Of a DNA stretch of 52,634 nucleotides, positions 1 to 9,122 are shown piece by piece (positions within the stretch are counted from its first letter, which is position 1; each line of letters starts with the position of its first letter). Source of the stretch: Oscillospiraceae bacterium. GTDB lineage: Bacteria; Bacillota; Clostridia; Oscillospirales; Ruminococcaceae. The stretch is from positions 1 to 52,634 of the forward strand of contig JAXJQH010000122.1 of the NCBI GenBank assembly GCA_036311245.1, in the 5' to 3' direction. The notes beneath the pieces were generated by a model that was given only the letters and a program-made list of their open reading frames with translations, searched no databases and was not told the origin of the DNA. A program made the position numbers and the translations under genes.

Positions 1-699
1 ATTTATCACAAAGAACAAGGGGTTATCGCTGAGCACTCCCGCACAAAGCTCGACCAAATCGTAAATCTGGTCCTCAAGCTGCCAGACCTCGCCCGACGGG
101 CCTCTGCCATATGACGGCGGGTCCATAATAACGGCATCATATCTTCTGCCGCGGCGAATTTCGCGCTCAACGAACTTTTTGCAGTCATCAACTATCCAGC
201 GGATAGGCTTATCAGCAAGACCTGAAATTGCGGCATTTTCTCTTGCCCACGAAACCATACCCTTTGACGCATCAACGTGGCAAACGCTGGCACCTGCCGC
301 GGCGCAGGCAAGGGTTGCGCCGCCCGTATATGCAAAGAGGTTTAAAACCGAAATTTCTCTGCCCGCGCCCTTTATTATTTCATCAAAAAATTGCCAGTTT
401 ACAGCCTGCTCGGGAAAAACACCCGTATGCTTAAAGCCCGTAGGGCGCACAAGCATAGTCAAATCCCCAAAGCGGACATTCCAGCTCTCGGCGGTCTTAT
501 TAAAAATTTCCCAATGTCCGCCGCCCTTGTTGGAGCGGATATATCGGGCATCTGCGCTGTCCCACTCAGGGCCTCTTGAGGTTTTCCATATTATCTGCGG
601 GTCGGGTCTGATGAGTGTTACATCTCCCCAGCGCTCAAGGCGTTCCCCACAAGATGTGTCAAGTAGTCTATATTCTGAAAACTGCGTGCTGTATCTCAT
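1..699 (-). CDS. class I SAM-dependent RNA methyltransferase (RlmI/RlmK-like); C-terminus lies beyond the left window edge
   Basis: Absent from the ORF track because there is no in-window stop. The minus strand from ATG 699..697 (AGGAG at 705..709) is open for all 233 codons: MRYSTQFSEYRLLDTSCGERLERWGDVTLIRPDPQ...VLNLFAYTGGATLACAAAGASVCHVDASKG...AVIMDPPSYGRG. FAYTGG (SAM motif I) and DPPS (motif IV) are family signatures. Confidence 0.8.
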   Translation of the reverse strand, partial: MRYSTQFSEYRLLDTSCGERLERWGDVTLIRPDPQIIWKTSRGPEWDSADARYIRSNKGGGHWEIFNKTAESWNVRFGDLTMLVRPTGFKHTGVFPEQAVNWQFFDEIIKGAGREISVLNLFAYTGGATLACAAAGASVCHVDASKGMVSWARENAAISGLADKPIRWIVDDCKKFVEREIRRGRRYDAVIMDPPSYGRGPSGEVWQLEDQIYDLVELCAGVLSDNPLFFVIN

Positions 700-714
700 A
701 TTTTCTCCTGATTT

Positions 715-1761
715 TTAAAATGAAATCTGCGCATCGCCGCTATTAGGCATAAGTCCTAAATGCTCGTAGCCCATCGCTGTGACGCATCTGCCGCGCGGTG
801 TGCGGCTTAAAAAGCCTATCTGCATAAGATATGGCTCATAAACATCCTCAAGGGTAACGGTTTCCTCACCAATTGCGGCGGCAAGGGTCTCTAAGCCCAC
901 AGGGCCGCCGTTGTAGCCCTTTATTATGGTTTCAAGCATTCGTCTGTCAATGTTGTCAAGCCCCATATGGTCGATTTCAAGCCTTAAAAGCGCGGTGTCG
1001 GCAAGAGAGCGAGTTATGCAGCCGTCACCTATTATCTGCGCAAAGTCGCGCACCCTCTTAAGTAAGCGGTTTGCAATACGGGGAGTGCCGCGCGAGCGGC
1101 GTGCAATCTCTAAAGCTCCGTCCTCTTCGCAGTCAATCTCCAAAAGACGCGCCGAGCGGCGAATAATTTCGCAAAGCTCCTCGGGGGTGTACATTTCAAG
1201 GCGCAGGATAACGCCAAATCTATCTCGTAGCGGAGCTGAAAGCTGACCTGCGCGGGTGGTGGCTCCTATAAGAGTAAACTTTTTAAGGTCAAGGCGAATG
1301 GACCGAGCCGATGGGCCTTTTCCTATTATGATATCGAGAGCATAATCTTCCATAGCGGGGTATAAAATCTCCTCAACCGCTCTTGAAAGCCTATGAATTT
1401 CGTCAATGAAAAGGATATCTCCCTCATCAAGCCCTGTGAGCAGGGCGGCAAGGTCACCGGGTTTTTCAATAGCAGGGCCGCTTGTTACGCGGATGTTTAC
1501 ATTCATCTCATTGGCAACAATTCCCGCAAGGGTGGTTTTTCCAAGTCCCGGAGGCCCATAGAGAAGCACGTGGTCGAGCGACTCTCTTCTGCCTCGAGCC
1601 GCATCAATATAGATTTTCAGGTTTTCCTTGGCTTTTTGCTGACCGATATATTCATCTAAAGTCTTAGGACGCAGAGATACCTCAGTTTCGCTATCCATAG
1701 AATTATATTCGGGCATTATTATTCTGTCATCAAGTCTGGTCTCGTAATCCTCTACCGGCAT
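715..1761 (-). CDS. ruvB: Holliday junction branch migration helicase RuvB
   Basis: 348-aa ORF with Walker [10 protein letters not shown] and Walker B FIDEIHRL, RuvB-like over its full length. It sits in ruvC-ruvA-ruvB order. Confidence 0.96.
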   Translation of the reverse strand: MPVEDYETRLDDRIIMPEYNSMDSETEVSLRPKTLDEYIGQQKAKENLKIYIDAARGRRESLDHVLLYGPPGLGKTTLAGIVANEMNVNIRVTSGPAIEKPGDLAALLTGLDEGDILFIDEIHRLSRAVEEILYPAMEDYALDIIIGKGPSARSIRLDLKKFTLIGATTRAGQLSAPLRDRFGVILRLEMYTPEELCEIIRRSARLLEIDCEEDGALEIARRSRGTPRIANRLLKRVRDFAQIIGDGCITRSLADTALLRLEIDHMGLDNIDRRMLETIIKGYNGGPVGLETLAAAIGEETVTLEDVYEPYLMQIGFLSRTPRGRCVTAMGYEHLGLMPNSGDAQISF

Positions 1762-1780
1762 TTTCTGCTCCCCCTCTCAT

Positions 1781-2392
1781 TTACATTTTAGCAAGTTTGC
1801 GAAGCGCAAATCTAATCATATCATCACTACTGAGTGACGCATCAATGCTCGAAAGCGCCGAAAGCGCCTCACTGCGGTTATATCCTAAAGTGACAAGTGC
1901 GCTTATCGCCTCTGAAAGATTATCGGCTCCTACCGTTCTCTCGGTGCGGCTATCGAAAATATCATCGGGAGCGGAGATAACTCCGCTCGGAAGGCTCTTC
2001 GAGGCTTTGTCTTTTAGCTCTAAAACAATTCTCTGAGCGAGCTTAGGGCCGACTCCCTGAGCCTTGGTTATCATTTTGGCATCGCCCGAGGCAATAAACA
2101 GCATAAGTCTGTCAGGGGCAAATTCCGAGAGAATTGCAAGCGCCGCCTTGGGGCCTACTCCCGAAACCGAAATGAGCATCTTAAAACAGTCGAGCTCATC
2201 GCGCGAGGCAAAGCCGAAAAGGTCGAGCGAGTTCTCAGTTATGTGCATATAGGTAAAAAGCGTTACGATGTCACCCGATAGGCGCGATATAGTCTGATTA
2301 GTAGTCTGACAGCTGTAGCCCACACCTGCGCACTCTATAACTATAGTACCGTTTTCCTTGTGGATAAGTCTGCCCGTTAAACTGTAAATCAT
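1781..2392 (-). CDS. ruvA: Holliday junction DNA-binding subunit RuvA
   Basis: 203 aa with two helix-hairpin-helix motifs (VSGVGPKAALAIL, AQGVGPKLAQRIV) and the C-terminal RuvB-interaction domain. Confidence 0.94.
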   Translation of the reverse strand: MIYSLTGRLIHKENGTIVIECAGVGYSCQTTNQTISRLSGDIVTLFTYMHITENSLDLFGFASRDELDCFKMLISVSGVGPKAALAILSEFAPDRLMLFIASGDAKMITKAQGVGPKLAQRIVLELKDKASKSLPSGVISAPDDIFDSRTERTVGADNLSEAISALVTLGYNRSEALSALSSIDASLSSDDMIRFALRKLAKM

Positions 2393-2910
2393 AGGGATTT
2401 CTCCTTATTTTTAAGGTTGTTTAAAAGCTCATAGCTCTGCGAATGGAAGCTGTGCGCGTGACAGATGGCAACCGCCAGCGCATCGGCGGTGTCATCAGGC
2501 TTGGGAACTTCCTTTAATTTCAGAAGCTGCCTTGTCATTTCCATAACCTGCTTTTTCTCGGCAAGGCCATACCCAACAACCGCCTGCTTTACCTGCATAG
2601 GGGTATACTCAAAAATATCAATATGCCGCCTTGCCGCCTCCGTTATTATAACGCCGCGTGCCTGTGCGACATCTATGGCGGTGGTGGTGTTGCTTGCAAA
2701 GTAAAGCTTTTCAACCGAAACCGCCTGCGGCTTATATTTATCTAAGATTGCCGCTGTCCTCTCGCTGATTTTTAAAAGTCTGTCGGGAAAAGGCTCGCCT
2801 GCCTGAGTTGTAATAGCGCCAAAGGCAAGCGGAGTAAGCCTCCCGTGCGTAAAATCAACAAGTCCCCAGCCGACTATTGCATACCCAGGGTCAATACCTA
2901 AAACAAGCAC
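2389..2910 (-). CDS. ruvC: crossover junction endodeoxyribonuclease RuvC
   Basis: 173 aa beginning LGIDPGYAIVGWG (RuvC/RNase H-like fold). It overlaps the ruvA start by 4 nt. Confidence 0.94.
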   Translation of the reverse strand: MLVLGIDPGYAIVGWGLVDFTHGRLTPLAFGAITTQAGEPFPDRLLKISERTAAILDKYKPQAVSVEKLYFASNTTTAIDVAQARGVIITEAARRHIDIFEYTPMQVKQAVVGYGLAEKKQVMEMTRQLLKLKEVPKPDDTADALAVAICHAHSFHSQSYELLNNLKNKEKSL

Positions 2911-3081
2911 GCACGACGCCTCCGTTCCCTTAAAAATGAGTACAGTTTCCCGATTTTAATTCAACCTATATTATAGCACAAAACATTCCCTCTGTCTACA
3001 TATTTTCACTCCCTAAAGCCGCTAAAATTGTTAATATTTTTATATAAAACTATATTTTTTCCCGCCTATTATAATTTAGGT

Positions 3082-3114
3082 CAAATTACCCCTATTTTTT
3101 ATTAGGGAAATTTG
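3082..3114. promoter_or_regulatory. imperfect inverted repeat (possible operator) upstream of the XRE gene
   Basis: CAAATTACCCCTA-N7-TTAGGGAAATTTG lies 24 nt upstream of the XRE start codon and is followed by TAATAT. Inferred from position only. Confidence 0.3.
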
Positions 3115-3137
3115 CCATAATATTTTTGGGTGATAAT

Positions 3138-3365
3138 ATGAACAGATTAAAAGAGCCACGAAAAGAAAGGGGATATACCCAAATCAAAATGCAGATACTC
3201 ACAGGCATTGACCAGTGCGACTACTCCAAGCTTGAAAGCGGAAAAAGGCATTTTACCTTTGAGCAGTACAGAAAATTAGCTCTTGCACTTGACACAAGTA
3301 TGGACTATTTAGCCGAGCTTACAGACCAAAAGAAACCCTACCCCAAAGCTGACAAAACAAGATAA
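3138..3365 (+). CDS. XRE-family helix-turn-helix transcriptional regulator
   Basis: 75 aa counted from ATG 3138; the track ORF starts at an upstream TTG at 3126. RKERGYTQIKMQILTGIDQCDYSKLESGKR is a typical HTH_3 segment. The stop lies 3 nt before the next gene. Confidence 0.8.
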   Translation: MNRLKEPRKERGYTQIKMQILTGIDQCDYSKLESGKRHFTFEQYRKLALALDTSMDYLAELTDQKKPYPKADKTR

Positions 3366-3367
3366 GT

Positions 3368-3823
3368 ATGAATTTACCTGTAAGAAAAAGAGTAAGGCTT
3401 AAAAATTATGATTACAGCCAAAATGGATACTATTTTATAACGATGTGCACAAAAGAAAAGCAAAAGCTATTGTGTAAAATTGTAGGGGACGATGCCCACA
3501 TCGTCCCGTCACCTTACGGCATAATAATAGAAAAATACATAAAAACCATTGTTGGTATAGAGAAGTATGTGATTATGCCGAATCATATACATCTGATAAT
3601 TAAAATCGATAGCGGGACGATGTGGGCATCGTCCCCTACAAAGTCAATTCCACAAATAATTAAATCACTTAAAACTTTAGTTACAAAAGAAGTAGGAAAA
3701 TCGATTTTTCAGCGCTCTTACCACGACCATATTATCCGCAATGAAAACGACTACCTCAAAATTTGGAACTACATCGACACAAATCCTCAGAAATGGTGCG
3801 AGGACTGCTTTTACGCAGAATAA
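3368..3823 (+). CDS. REP-associated tyrosine transposase-like protein (RAYT / IS200-like Y1 HUH family, COG1943)
   Basis: 151 aa with HUH motif MPNHIHLII. The C-terminal SYHDHIIRNENDYLKIWNYIDTNPQKW carries the conserved Tyr region. N-terminal YYFITMCT beta-strand. No flanking IS ends are visible. Confidence 0.8.
   Translation: MNLPVRKRVRLKNYDYSQNGYYFITMCTKEKQKLLCKIVGDDAHIVPSPYGIIIEKYIKTIVGIEKYVIMPNHIHLIIKIDSGTMWASSPTKSIPQIIKSLKTLVTKEVGKSIFQRSYHDHIIRNENDYLKIWNYIDTNPQKWCEDCFYAE
3481..3508 (+). repeat. REP-like module, left arm: GTAG plus 9-bp-stem hairpin, inside the RAYT CDS
   Basis: TGTAGGGGACGATGCCCACATCGTCCCG contains the hairpin GGGACGATG-CCCA-CATCGTCCC. It is the exact reverse complement of 3613..3640. 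Confidence 0.9.
3613..3640 (-). repeat. REP-like module, right arm (inverted copy), inside the RAYT CDS
   Basis: CGGGACGATGTGGGCATCGTCCCCTACA matches the reverse complement of 3481..3508 at 28/28 positions. Confidence 0.9.
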
Positions 3824-3845
3824 GAAGCATAGAATAAAAAGAAAA

Positions 3846-3872
3846 AGCGGCGAGTTTTAAAAACTCGCCGCT
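3846..3872. terminator. bidirectional intrinsic terminator between the RAYT gene and hydA
   Basis: Hairpin GCGGCGAGTT-TTAAAA-AACTCGCCGC flanked by an A-run on the left and a T-run on the right. Confidence 0.8.
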
Positions 3873-3885
3873 GTTTTGTTTTAAT

Positions 3886-5628
3886 TTAGAAACGGTCTCT
3901 CTTTACATAGTGAGTGTGGAGAACCTCGTGAGCCTTGTGGCTGCCAGGAGCGCCGAAATACTCATCATAAAGCTGCTTGACAACGGGGTTGTCATGCGAC
4001 TTTCTGAGGGTGCTGTTCTTATCAATATTGTAAAGAACAGCGGCTCTCTTGGCACGGATATCGGTAAAGCTCTGGACATTTGAAGGCTGAATGGGCTGTC
4101 CGCCGCCGTTTACACAGCCGCCGGGGCAAGCCATAATCTCAACAAAGTGATACTCTGCTTCGCCTGCGCGGATTTTGTCAAGAAGCTCTCTTGCGCAAGA
4201 GAGGCTCGATGCAACCGCAACCTTAACCTCGATATTGCCGACCTTATAAGAAGCCTCTTTGATTCCCTTGGTTCCACGAACCTCGTGGAATTCAAGAACC
4301 TTAAGCTCTTCTCCTGTAATGGTTTCAACAGCAGTTCTGAGCGCTGCTTCCATAACACCGCCGGTAGCGCCAAAGATAACGCCTGCGCCGGTAGAGGTTC
4401 CGAGAGGAGCATCGAATTTCTCATCCTCAAGGTTTACAAAGTCAATACCTGCGCGCTCAATCATACGGGAGAGCTCACGGGTTGTGATAGCAACATCAAC
4501 ATCGGGAACGCCCGCAGCAGCCTCGCCATCGCGTCCGCACTCAAATTTCTTTGCAGTACAGGGCATTACGCTGACAACAAACAGGTCTTTGGGGTCGATA
4601 CCCTCTTTCTCAGCATACCAGGTCTTTGCAACTGCGCCAAACATCTGCTGAGGAGACTTGCAGCTGGAGAGGTTGTCAATGAAATCGGGATAATAGTGCT
4701 CACAGAATTTAACCCAACCGGGTGAGCAGGATGTGATGAGGGGAAGCTTGCCGCCATTCTTAAGACGGTCAATAAGCTCGTTAGCCTCCTCAATAATGGT
4801 GAGGTCGGCAGAGAAATCGGTGTCATAAACACCGTCAAAGCCGAGTCTTCTGAGAGCTGCAACCATCTTGCCCTCAACATCGGTGCCGATAGGCATACCG
4901 AATGCTTCACCGAGAGCCGCGCGGATTGCAGGAGCAGTCTGAACAATGACCTTCTTAGAGGGGTCATTGAGAGCCTCCCAAACCTTTGCAGTGTCGTCCT
5001 TCTCATAAAGAGCGCCGACAGGGCAGGCGGTGATGCACTGACCGCAGGAGATGCATGCTACGTCAGCAAGGTCCTGATCAAATGCACAGCCGATGTGGGA
5101 CTCAAAGCCGCGGTTGTTAGGTCCGATAACGCCAACGGTCTGAACCTTGGAGCAGGCTGCTACGCAGCGGCGGCAAAGGATACATTTGTTGTTATCGCGA
5201 ACCATATGGGGAGCGCTTTCGTCAAGCTCATAGTCATTAACATCGCCTGCAAAGTGGTCAACATCGTCAACACCGTAGTCACGGCAGAGCTTCTGCAGCT
5301 CGCAGTTTGTGCTGCGAACGCAGGAAAGGCACTTTTTATCGTGATTAGAGAGGATAAGCTCTAAGGTAAGCTTTCTCGACTCCATTACCTTGGGGGAGTT
5401 TGTAAAAATCTCCATACCCTCGGCTACAGGGAACATACAAGAAGTTACAAGACCTCTTGCTCCCTTTACCTCAACAAGGCAGATACGGCAAGCGCCGATT
5501 TCATTAACGTCTTTTAAATAGCACAGTGTCGGAATATAGATACCGACGCTCTGGGCGGCCTCAAGAATGGTTACGCCCTTAGGCACACTGTAAGGCATGC
5601 CGTTGATTTGAATATTTACTTTTTCCAT
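3886..5628 (-). CDS. hydA: [FeFe]-hydrogenase catalytic subunit HydA (bifurcating HydABC type)
   Basis: H-cluster signatures TSCSPGW, MPCTAKKFE and EIMACPGGCVNGGGQP. N-terminal 2Fe-2S and multiple 4Fe-4S Cys motifs. Start set at ATG 5628 (AGGAAAGGGG upstream); the track ORF begins at GTG 5637. Confidence 0.93.
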   Translation of the reverse strand: MEKVNIQINGMPYSVPKGVTILEAAQSVGIYIPTLCYLKDVNEIGACRICLVEVKGARGLVTSCMFPVAEGMEIFTNSPKVMESRKLTLELILSNHDKKCLSCVRSTNCELQKLCRDYGVDDVDHFAGDVNDYELDESAPHMVRDNNKCILCRRCVAACSKVQTVGVIGPNNRGFESHIGCAFDQDLADVACISCGQCITACPVGALYEKDDTAKVWEALNDPSKKVIVQTAPAIRAALGEAFGMPIGTDVEGKMVAALRRLGFDGVYDTDFSADLTIIEEANELIDRLKNGGKLPLITSCSPGWVKFCEHYYPDFIDNLSSCKSPQQMFGAVAKTWYAEKEGIDPKDLFVVSVMPCTAKKFECGRDGEAAAGVPDVDVAITTRELSRMIERAGIDFVNLEDEKFDAPLGTSTGAGVIFGATGGVMEAALRTAVETITGEELKVLEFHEVRGTKGIKEASYKVGNIEVKVAVASSLSCARELLDKIRAGEAEYHFVEIMACPGGCVNGGGQPIQPSNVQSFTDIRAKRAAVLYNIDKNSTLRKSHDNPVVKQLYDEYFGAPGSHKAHEVLHTHYVKRDRF

Positions 5629-5645
5629 TTTTGGCACCCCTTTCC

Positions 5646-7433
5646 TTACTTCTTATAGATTGCGCCGAACTTACATTTCTCCATGCAAGCTCCGCACTTG
5701 ACGCACTTGGAATTATCAATAATGTGAGGCTCTTTAACCTTGCCCGAGATAGCGCCTGCGGGGCAGACACGCGAGCAGAGGGTGCAACCCTTACACTTGT
5801 CAGCATCAATGTTGTAGGTGAGCAGCTTCTTGCAAACGCCTGCGGGGCATTTCTTGTCAACAATGTGAGCAAGATACTCATCACGGAAGAAGCGGATAGT
5901 GGAAAGAACGGGGTTGGGAGCTGTCTGACCGAGAGCACACAGCGAGTTGGCTTTGATGTACTCGCAGAGCTCTTCAAGTCTGTCAAGGTCTTCCATTTCG
6001 CCCTTGCCATCGCAAATCTTCTGGAGAAGTTCAAGAAGGCGCTTTGTGCCGATACGGCAGGGAGTACACTTACCGCAGGACTCATCAACAGTAAATTCAA
6101 GGAAGAATTTAGCGATATCAACCATACAGGTGTCCTCATCCATAACGATAAGTCCGCCCGAGCCCATCATACAGCCAATAGCTGTGAGGTTATCATAGTC
6201 GATGGGGGTGTCAATGAGGGATGCGGGGATACAACCGCCGGAAGGTCCACCGGTCTGAGCAGCCTTAAACGGCTTGCCTCCGGGGATACCGCCGCCGATA
6301 TCATAGATGATTTCACGAAGGGTGGTTCCCATAGGAATTTCAACAAGTCCGGTGTGCTCAATCTTTCCGCCGAGAGCGAAGACCTTGGTTCCCTTGGACT
6401 TCTCGGTTCCCATAGATGCAAACCACTCAGCGCCGCGAAGAATAATCTGAGGAATGTTGGCAAAGGTTTCAACATTGTTTTCAACAGTGGGGCAGCCATA
6501 CAGACCCTTTACTGCGGGATAGGGAGGACGGGGTCTGGGCTCGCCTCTGTGACCCTCGATAGAGGTCATAAGAGCGGTTTCCTCACCGCAGACGAATGCA
6601 CCCGCGCCAAGACGGATGTCCATATCAAAGTCAAAGCCTGTGCCGAAGATGTTTTTACCTAAGAGTCCGTACTCACGGGCATCCTCGATAGCTTTCTGTA
6701 GTCTCTTAACAGCGATGGGATACTCAGCACGAACATAAACATAACCCTGATTTGCGCCTACTGCGTAACCGCAGATAGCCATAGCCTCGATAAGGCAGTG
6801 GGGGTCGCCCTCAAGAACAGAGCGGTCCATAAATGCGCCGGGGTCACCCTCGTCAGCGTTACATACAACGTATTTCTGAGGACCGTCAGCAACGAGTGAC
6901 CATTTGCGACCGGTGGGGAATCCGCCGCCGCCTCTGCCACGAAGTCCGGAGTCGATAACACACTGTGTAACCTCCTGGGGAGTCATCTCGGTGAGAACCT
7001 TACCGAGAGCCTCATAACCGTCCATAGCTATGTACTCTTCAATATCCTCGGGGTCGATAACGCCGCAGTTACGAAGAACAACACGGTTTTGCGATTTGTA
7101 GAAAGCAGTGTCATTTAAGGAAACATTGCCCTCGACCTCAGCATCGCCTGTGTCATTATAGACAAGGCGCTCAACGATACGGCCCTTGAGCAGATGCTCC
7201 TCAACGATTTCCTTGACATCCTCAGCGGTTACACGGCTGTAGAATGTTCCGTCGGGGTAAACGATGACAACGGGGCCGAGTGCGCAAAGACCGAAGCAAC
7301 CGGTCTGTACGACCTTAACTTCCTCAGAGAGACCGTTTTTCTCGATATTCTCAGCAAATGCTTTCTGAATATCTACGCTTCCCGAAGAGGTACAACCCGT
7401 ACCGCCGCAAATCAAAACATGTGCACGAATCAT
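5646..7433 (-). CDS. hydB: NADH-binding flavoprotein subunit HydB (NuoF-like)
   Basis: 595 aa with the GRGGGGFPTGRKW FMN/NADH site, an N-terminal thioredoxin-like 2Fe-2S module, and C-terminal ferredoxin motifs CKGCTLCSRVCP and CVKCGACMEKC. Confidence 0.93.
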   Translation of the reverse strand: MIRAHVLICGGTGCTSSGSVDIQKAFAENIEKNGLSEEVKVVQTGCFGLCALGPVVIVYPDGTFYSRVTAEDVKEIVEEHLLKGRIVERLVYNDTGDAEVEGNVSLNDTAFYKSQNRVVLRNCGVIDPEDIEEYIAMDGYEALGKVLTEMTPQEVTQCVIDSGLRGRGGGGFPTGRKWSLVADGPQKYVVCNADEGDPGAFMDRSVLEGDPHCLIEAMAICGYAVGANQGYVYVRAEYPIAVKRLQKAIEDAREYGLLGKNIFGTGFDFDMDIRLGAGAFVCGEETALMTSIEGHRGEPRPRPPYPAVKGLYGCPTVENNVETFANIPQIILRGAEWFASMGTEKSKGTKVFALGGKIEHTGLVEIPMGTTLREIIYDIGGGIPGGKPFKAAQTGGPSGGCIPASLIDTPIDYDNLTAIGCMMGSGGLIVMDEDTCMVDIAKFFLEFTVDESCGKCTPCRIGTKRLLELLQKICDGKGEMEDLDRLEELCEYIKANSLCALGQTAPNPVLSTIRFFRDEYLAHIVDKKCPAGVCKKLLTYNIDADKCKGCTLCSRVCPAGAISGKVKEPHIIDNSKCVKCGACMEKCKFGAIYKK

Positions 7434-7453
7434 TTATATTACACCTCCAAAAA

Positions 7454-7822
7454 TTACTGATTTTTAGCGAAGGTGTATTCTGCTACAACCTTGCCATCTT
7501 TAAGATGCTCTTTAGCAATTTTCTTTGCCTTTTCTGCATCAACCTTTACATAGGTGACCTTCTCTTTGCCTGCCTCGAAAACCTCGACAACCGGCTCAAA
7601 CTGGCAGATGCCGATGCAGCCTGTCTGCGATACGGTTACTTTTCCTGCAAGGCCAAGAGCTTCAACCTCTTGTACAAGTGTGTTTAAAACGGGGCGAGCG
7701 CCTGCTGCGATGCCGCAGGTTGCCATTCCGACAACTACGCGAACTTCCTCGCCACCCTCGCGGATAACGACCTTGTCCTTCATTTTTTCTTTAATCGCCC
7801 TGAGTTCTGCTAATGATTTCAT
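7454..7822 (-). CDS. thioredoxin-like [2Fe-2S] ferredoxin
   Basis: 122 aa with Cys pairs in MATCGIAAGA and SQTGCIGICQFEP. It sits directly upstream of hydB, where many hyd operons carry this small ferredoxin. Confidence 0.8.
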   Translation of the reverse strand: MKSLAELRAIKEKMKDKVVIREGGEEVRVVVGMATCGIAAGARPVLNTLVQEVEALGLAGKVTVSQTGCIGICQFEPVVEVFEAGKEKVTYVKVDAEKAKKIAKEHLKDGKVVAEYTFAKNQ

Positions 7823-7842
7823 AGAGTTCTTCCTTTCCCTAT

Positions 7843-8394
7843 TTAATTGTTTTGGGAATACTGCTCTCGCAGAAATTCCTCAATCCATTTGATTACCTCA
7901 AAGGTACTGAGCGGTGTGTCCCCAAGCACCTCTCGAAGCTCTCTTGTATCAAGAGTAGCCTCTTTTCCCTGCCACTTATGACAAAATAAAAAGTCGGTGT
8001 CGGGATGACCGTGGATGAGCGTTGTGATGCTTGCACACACATCGCCCAGCGGGGTAAAGTCAATATGATTTTTGTAAAAAGACGCTGAAATGACAGTTCC
8101 GTGACTCTCGGGGTATTCATCTATATGCTTAGAGGAGAGACTGAGCGCTCCGCCCGTCTGCTCCGCCTGCATTTTTAAAAGGGGTATCCCCAAGCCGACA
8201 CTGCGTGTCGTTCGCGTCGTATAAAAAGGGTTTTGCGCGGCTAAAACCGTTTGGGGTTTCATGCCGCAGCCGTTATCCCGAATTGTAACGGTGAGCAGCT
8301 GCTCACCCTCGTCTATCAGGATTTCGGTTAATGTTGCTCCTGCCTTGACTGAGTTTTCAGCGATATCGAGAATATTGAGTGACAATTCTTTCAT
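7843..8394 (-). CDS. GHKL/HATPase_c-type ATP-binding protein (kinase-like, no sensor or DHp domain visible)
   Basis: 183 aa: LNILDIAENS (N box), IRDNGCGM (G1) and GLGIPL (G2). It overlaps the PHP gene by 4 nt. Confidence 0.75.
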   Translation of the reverse strand: MKELSLNILDIAENSVKAGATLTEILIDEGEQLLTVTIRDNGCGMKPQTVLAAQNPFYTTRTTRSVGLGIPLLKMQAEQTGGALSLSSKHIDEYPESHGTVISASFYKNHIDFTPLGDVCASITTLIHGHPDTDFLFCHKWQGKEATLDTRELREVLGDTPLSTFEVIKWIEEFLREQYSQNN

Positions 8395-9122
8395 TTCGCA
8401 CCTCTCAGGTAGGCAAAAAGCCTTTCTCTGACCTCCTGTGCGCTCTCTGCGCCGTCAGGAAGCTCAATATAATCCGTTTTTTCCTTGATATCCCACAAAT
8501 AGTGCGCATCCGAGCTTACAATAAATCTGTTTTGAGGAAGATGTGTGACCCTTGAAAGGTCATCTCTCAAATCCCCCGAGTGAAGCTCGGCAAAGTTAAA
8601 TCTCGGTGTTTGTGGAAAAGCGCCAAGCACAGCTATAATGCTGTTTGACTGCTTGTCGATATGCGCGGGGTAGCAAACACCAGCGTATTTTTCACACAGA
8701 GCGGGCACCTCTTCAAGCGACAGCGTTGTGGCGTTTATGAGAAGGTTTTCCTCCTCGCCCACTACCTCATCGTTTTCATTTACGATAAGCTGCTCTCCAA
8801 AGATGTCTTTTCTGTTTTTGTAAAAAACGCGCCTTTTTTCAACCTCGCTGTCAAATTCCATCGCCGACTCAAGCGTCGGAAACAGGCAGACTATGTGGAT
8901 ATCCTCCGCCGTTGTAAGCTCCATGCCCGCAACGGGCACAATGCCGTGCCTTTCGCACGCTGAGAAAAAAGCGGGACAGTTTTTGCAGGAATTATGGTCG
9001 GTAAGCGCCATTATATCAAGAGAGTTGAGCTCTCCCATCCCCGCAATGCTATCGGGGGTAGACTCTCTATCCCCGCAAGGGGAAAGGCAGGAGTGAATGT
9101 GCAGATCGTAATAGTACTTCAT
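8391..9122 (-). CDS. PHP-domain phosphoesterase
   Basis: 243 aa beginning YYDLHIHSCLSPCGD with later TDHNS; these are PHP metal-binding His/Asp motifs. Confidence 0.8.
   Translation of the reverse strand: MKYYYDLHIHSCLSPCGDRESTPDSIAGMGELNSLDIMALTDHNSCKNCPAFFSACERHGIVPVAGMELTTAEDIHIVCLFPTLESAMEFDSEVEKRRVFYKNRKDIFGEQLIVNENDEVVGEEENLLINATTLSLEEVPALCEKYAGVCYPAHIDKQSNSIIAVLGAFPQTPRFNFAELHSGDLRDDLSRVTHLPQNRFIVSSDAHYLWDIKEKTDYIELPDGAESAQEVRERLFAYLRGAK

Noticed and set aside
179-718. 179-aa plus-strand ORF (with nested 228..434 and 391..579 ORFs) at the left end
   Set aside because: It has no RBS, and its composition is low-complexity and Pro/Ser/Ala-rich. It is exactly antisense to a much better minus-strand methyltransferase frame (1..699) that has clear SAM-binding motifs and a Shine-Dalgarno sequence.
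5631-6662. 343-aa plus-strand ORF inside hydB. Similar long antisense ORFs: 4147..4725, 17944..18612, 22053..22655, 28247..28780, 30524..31222, 18872..19474
   Set aside because: All lie fully antisense within genes that carry unambiguous family motifs. They lack an RBS and have no recognisable domains. These are typical shadow ORFs.
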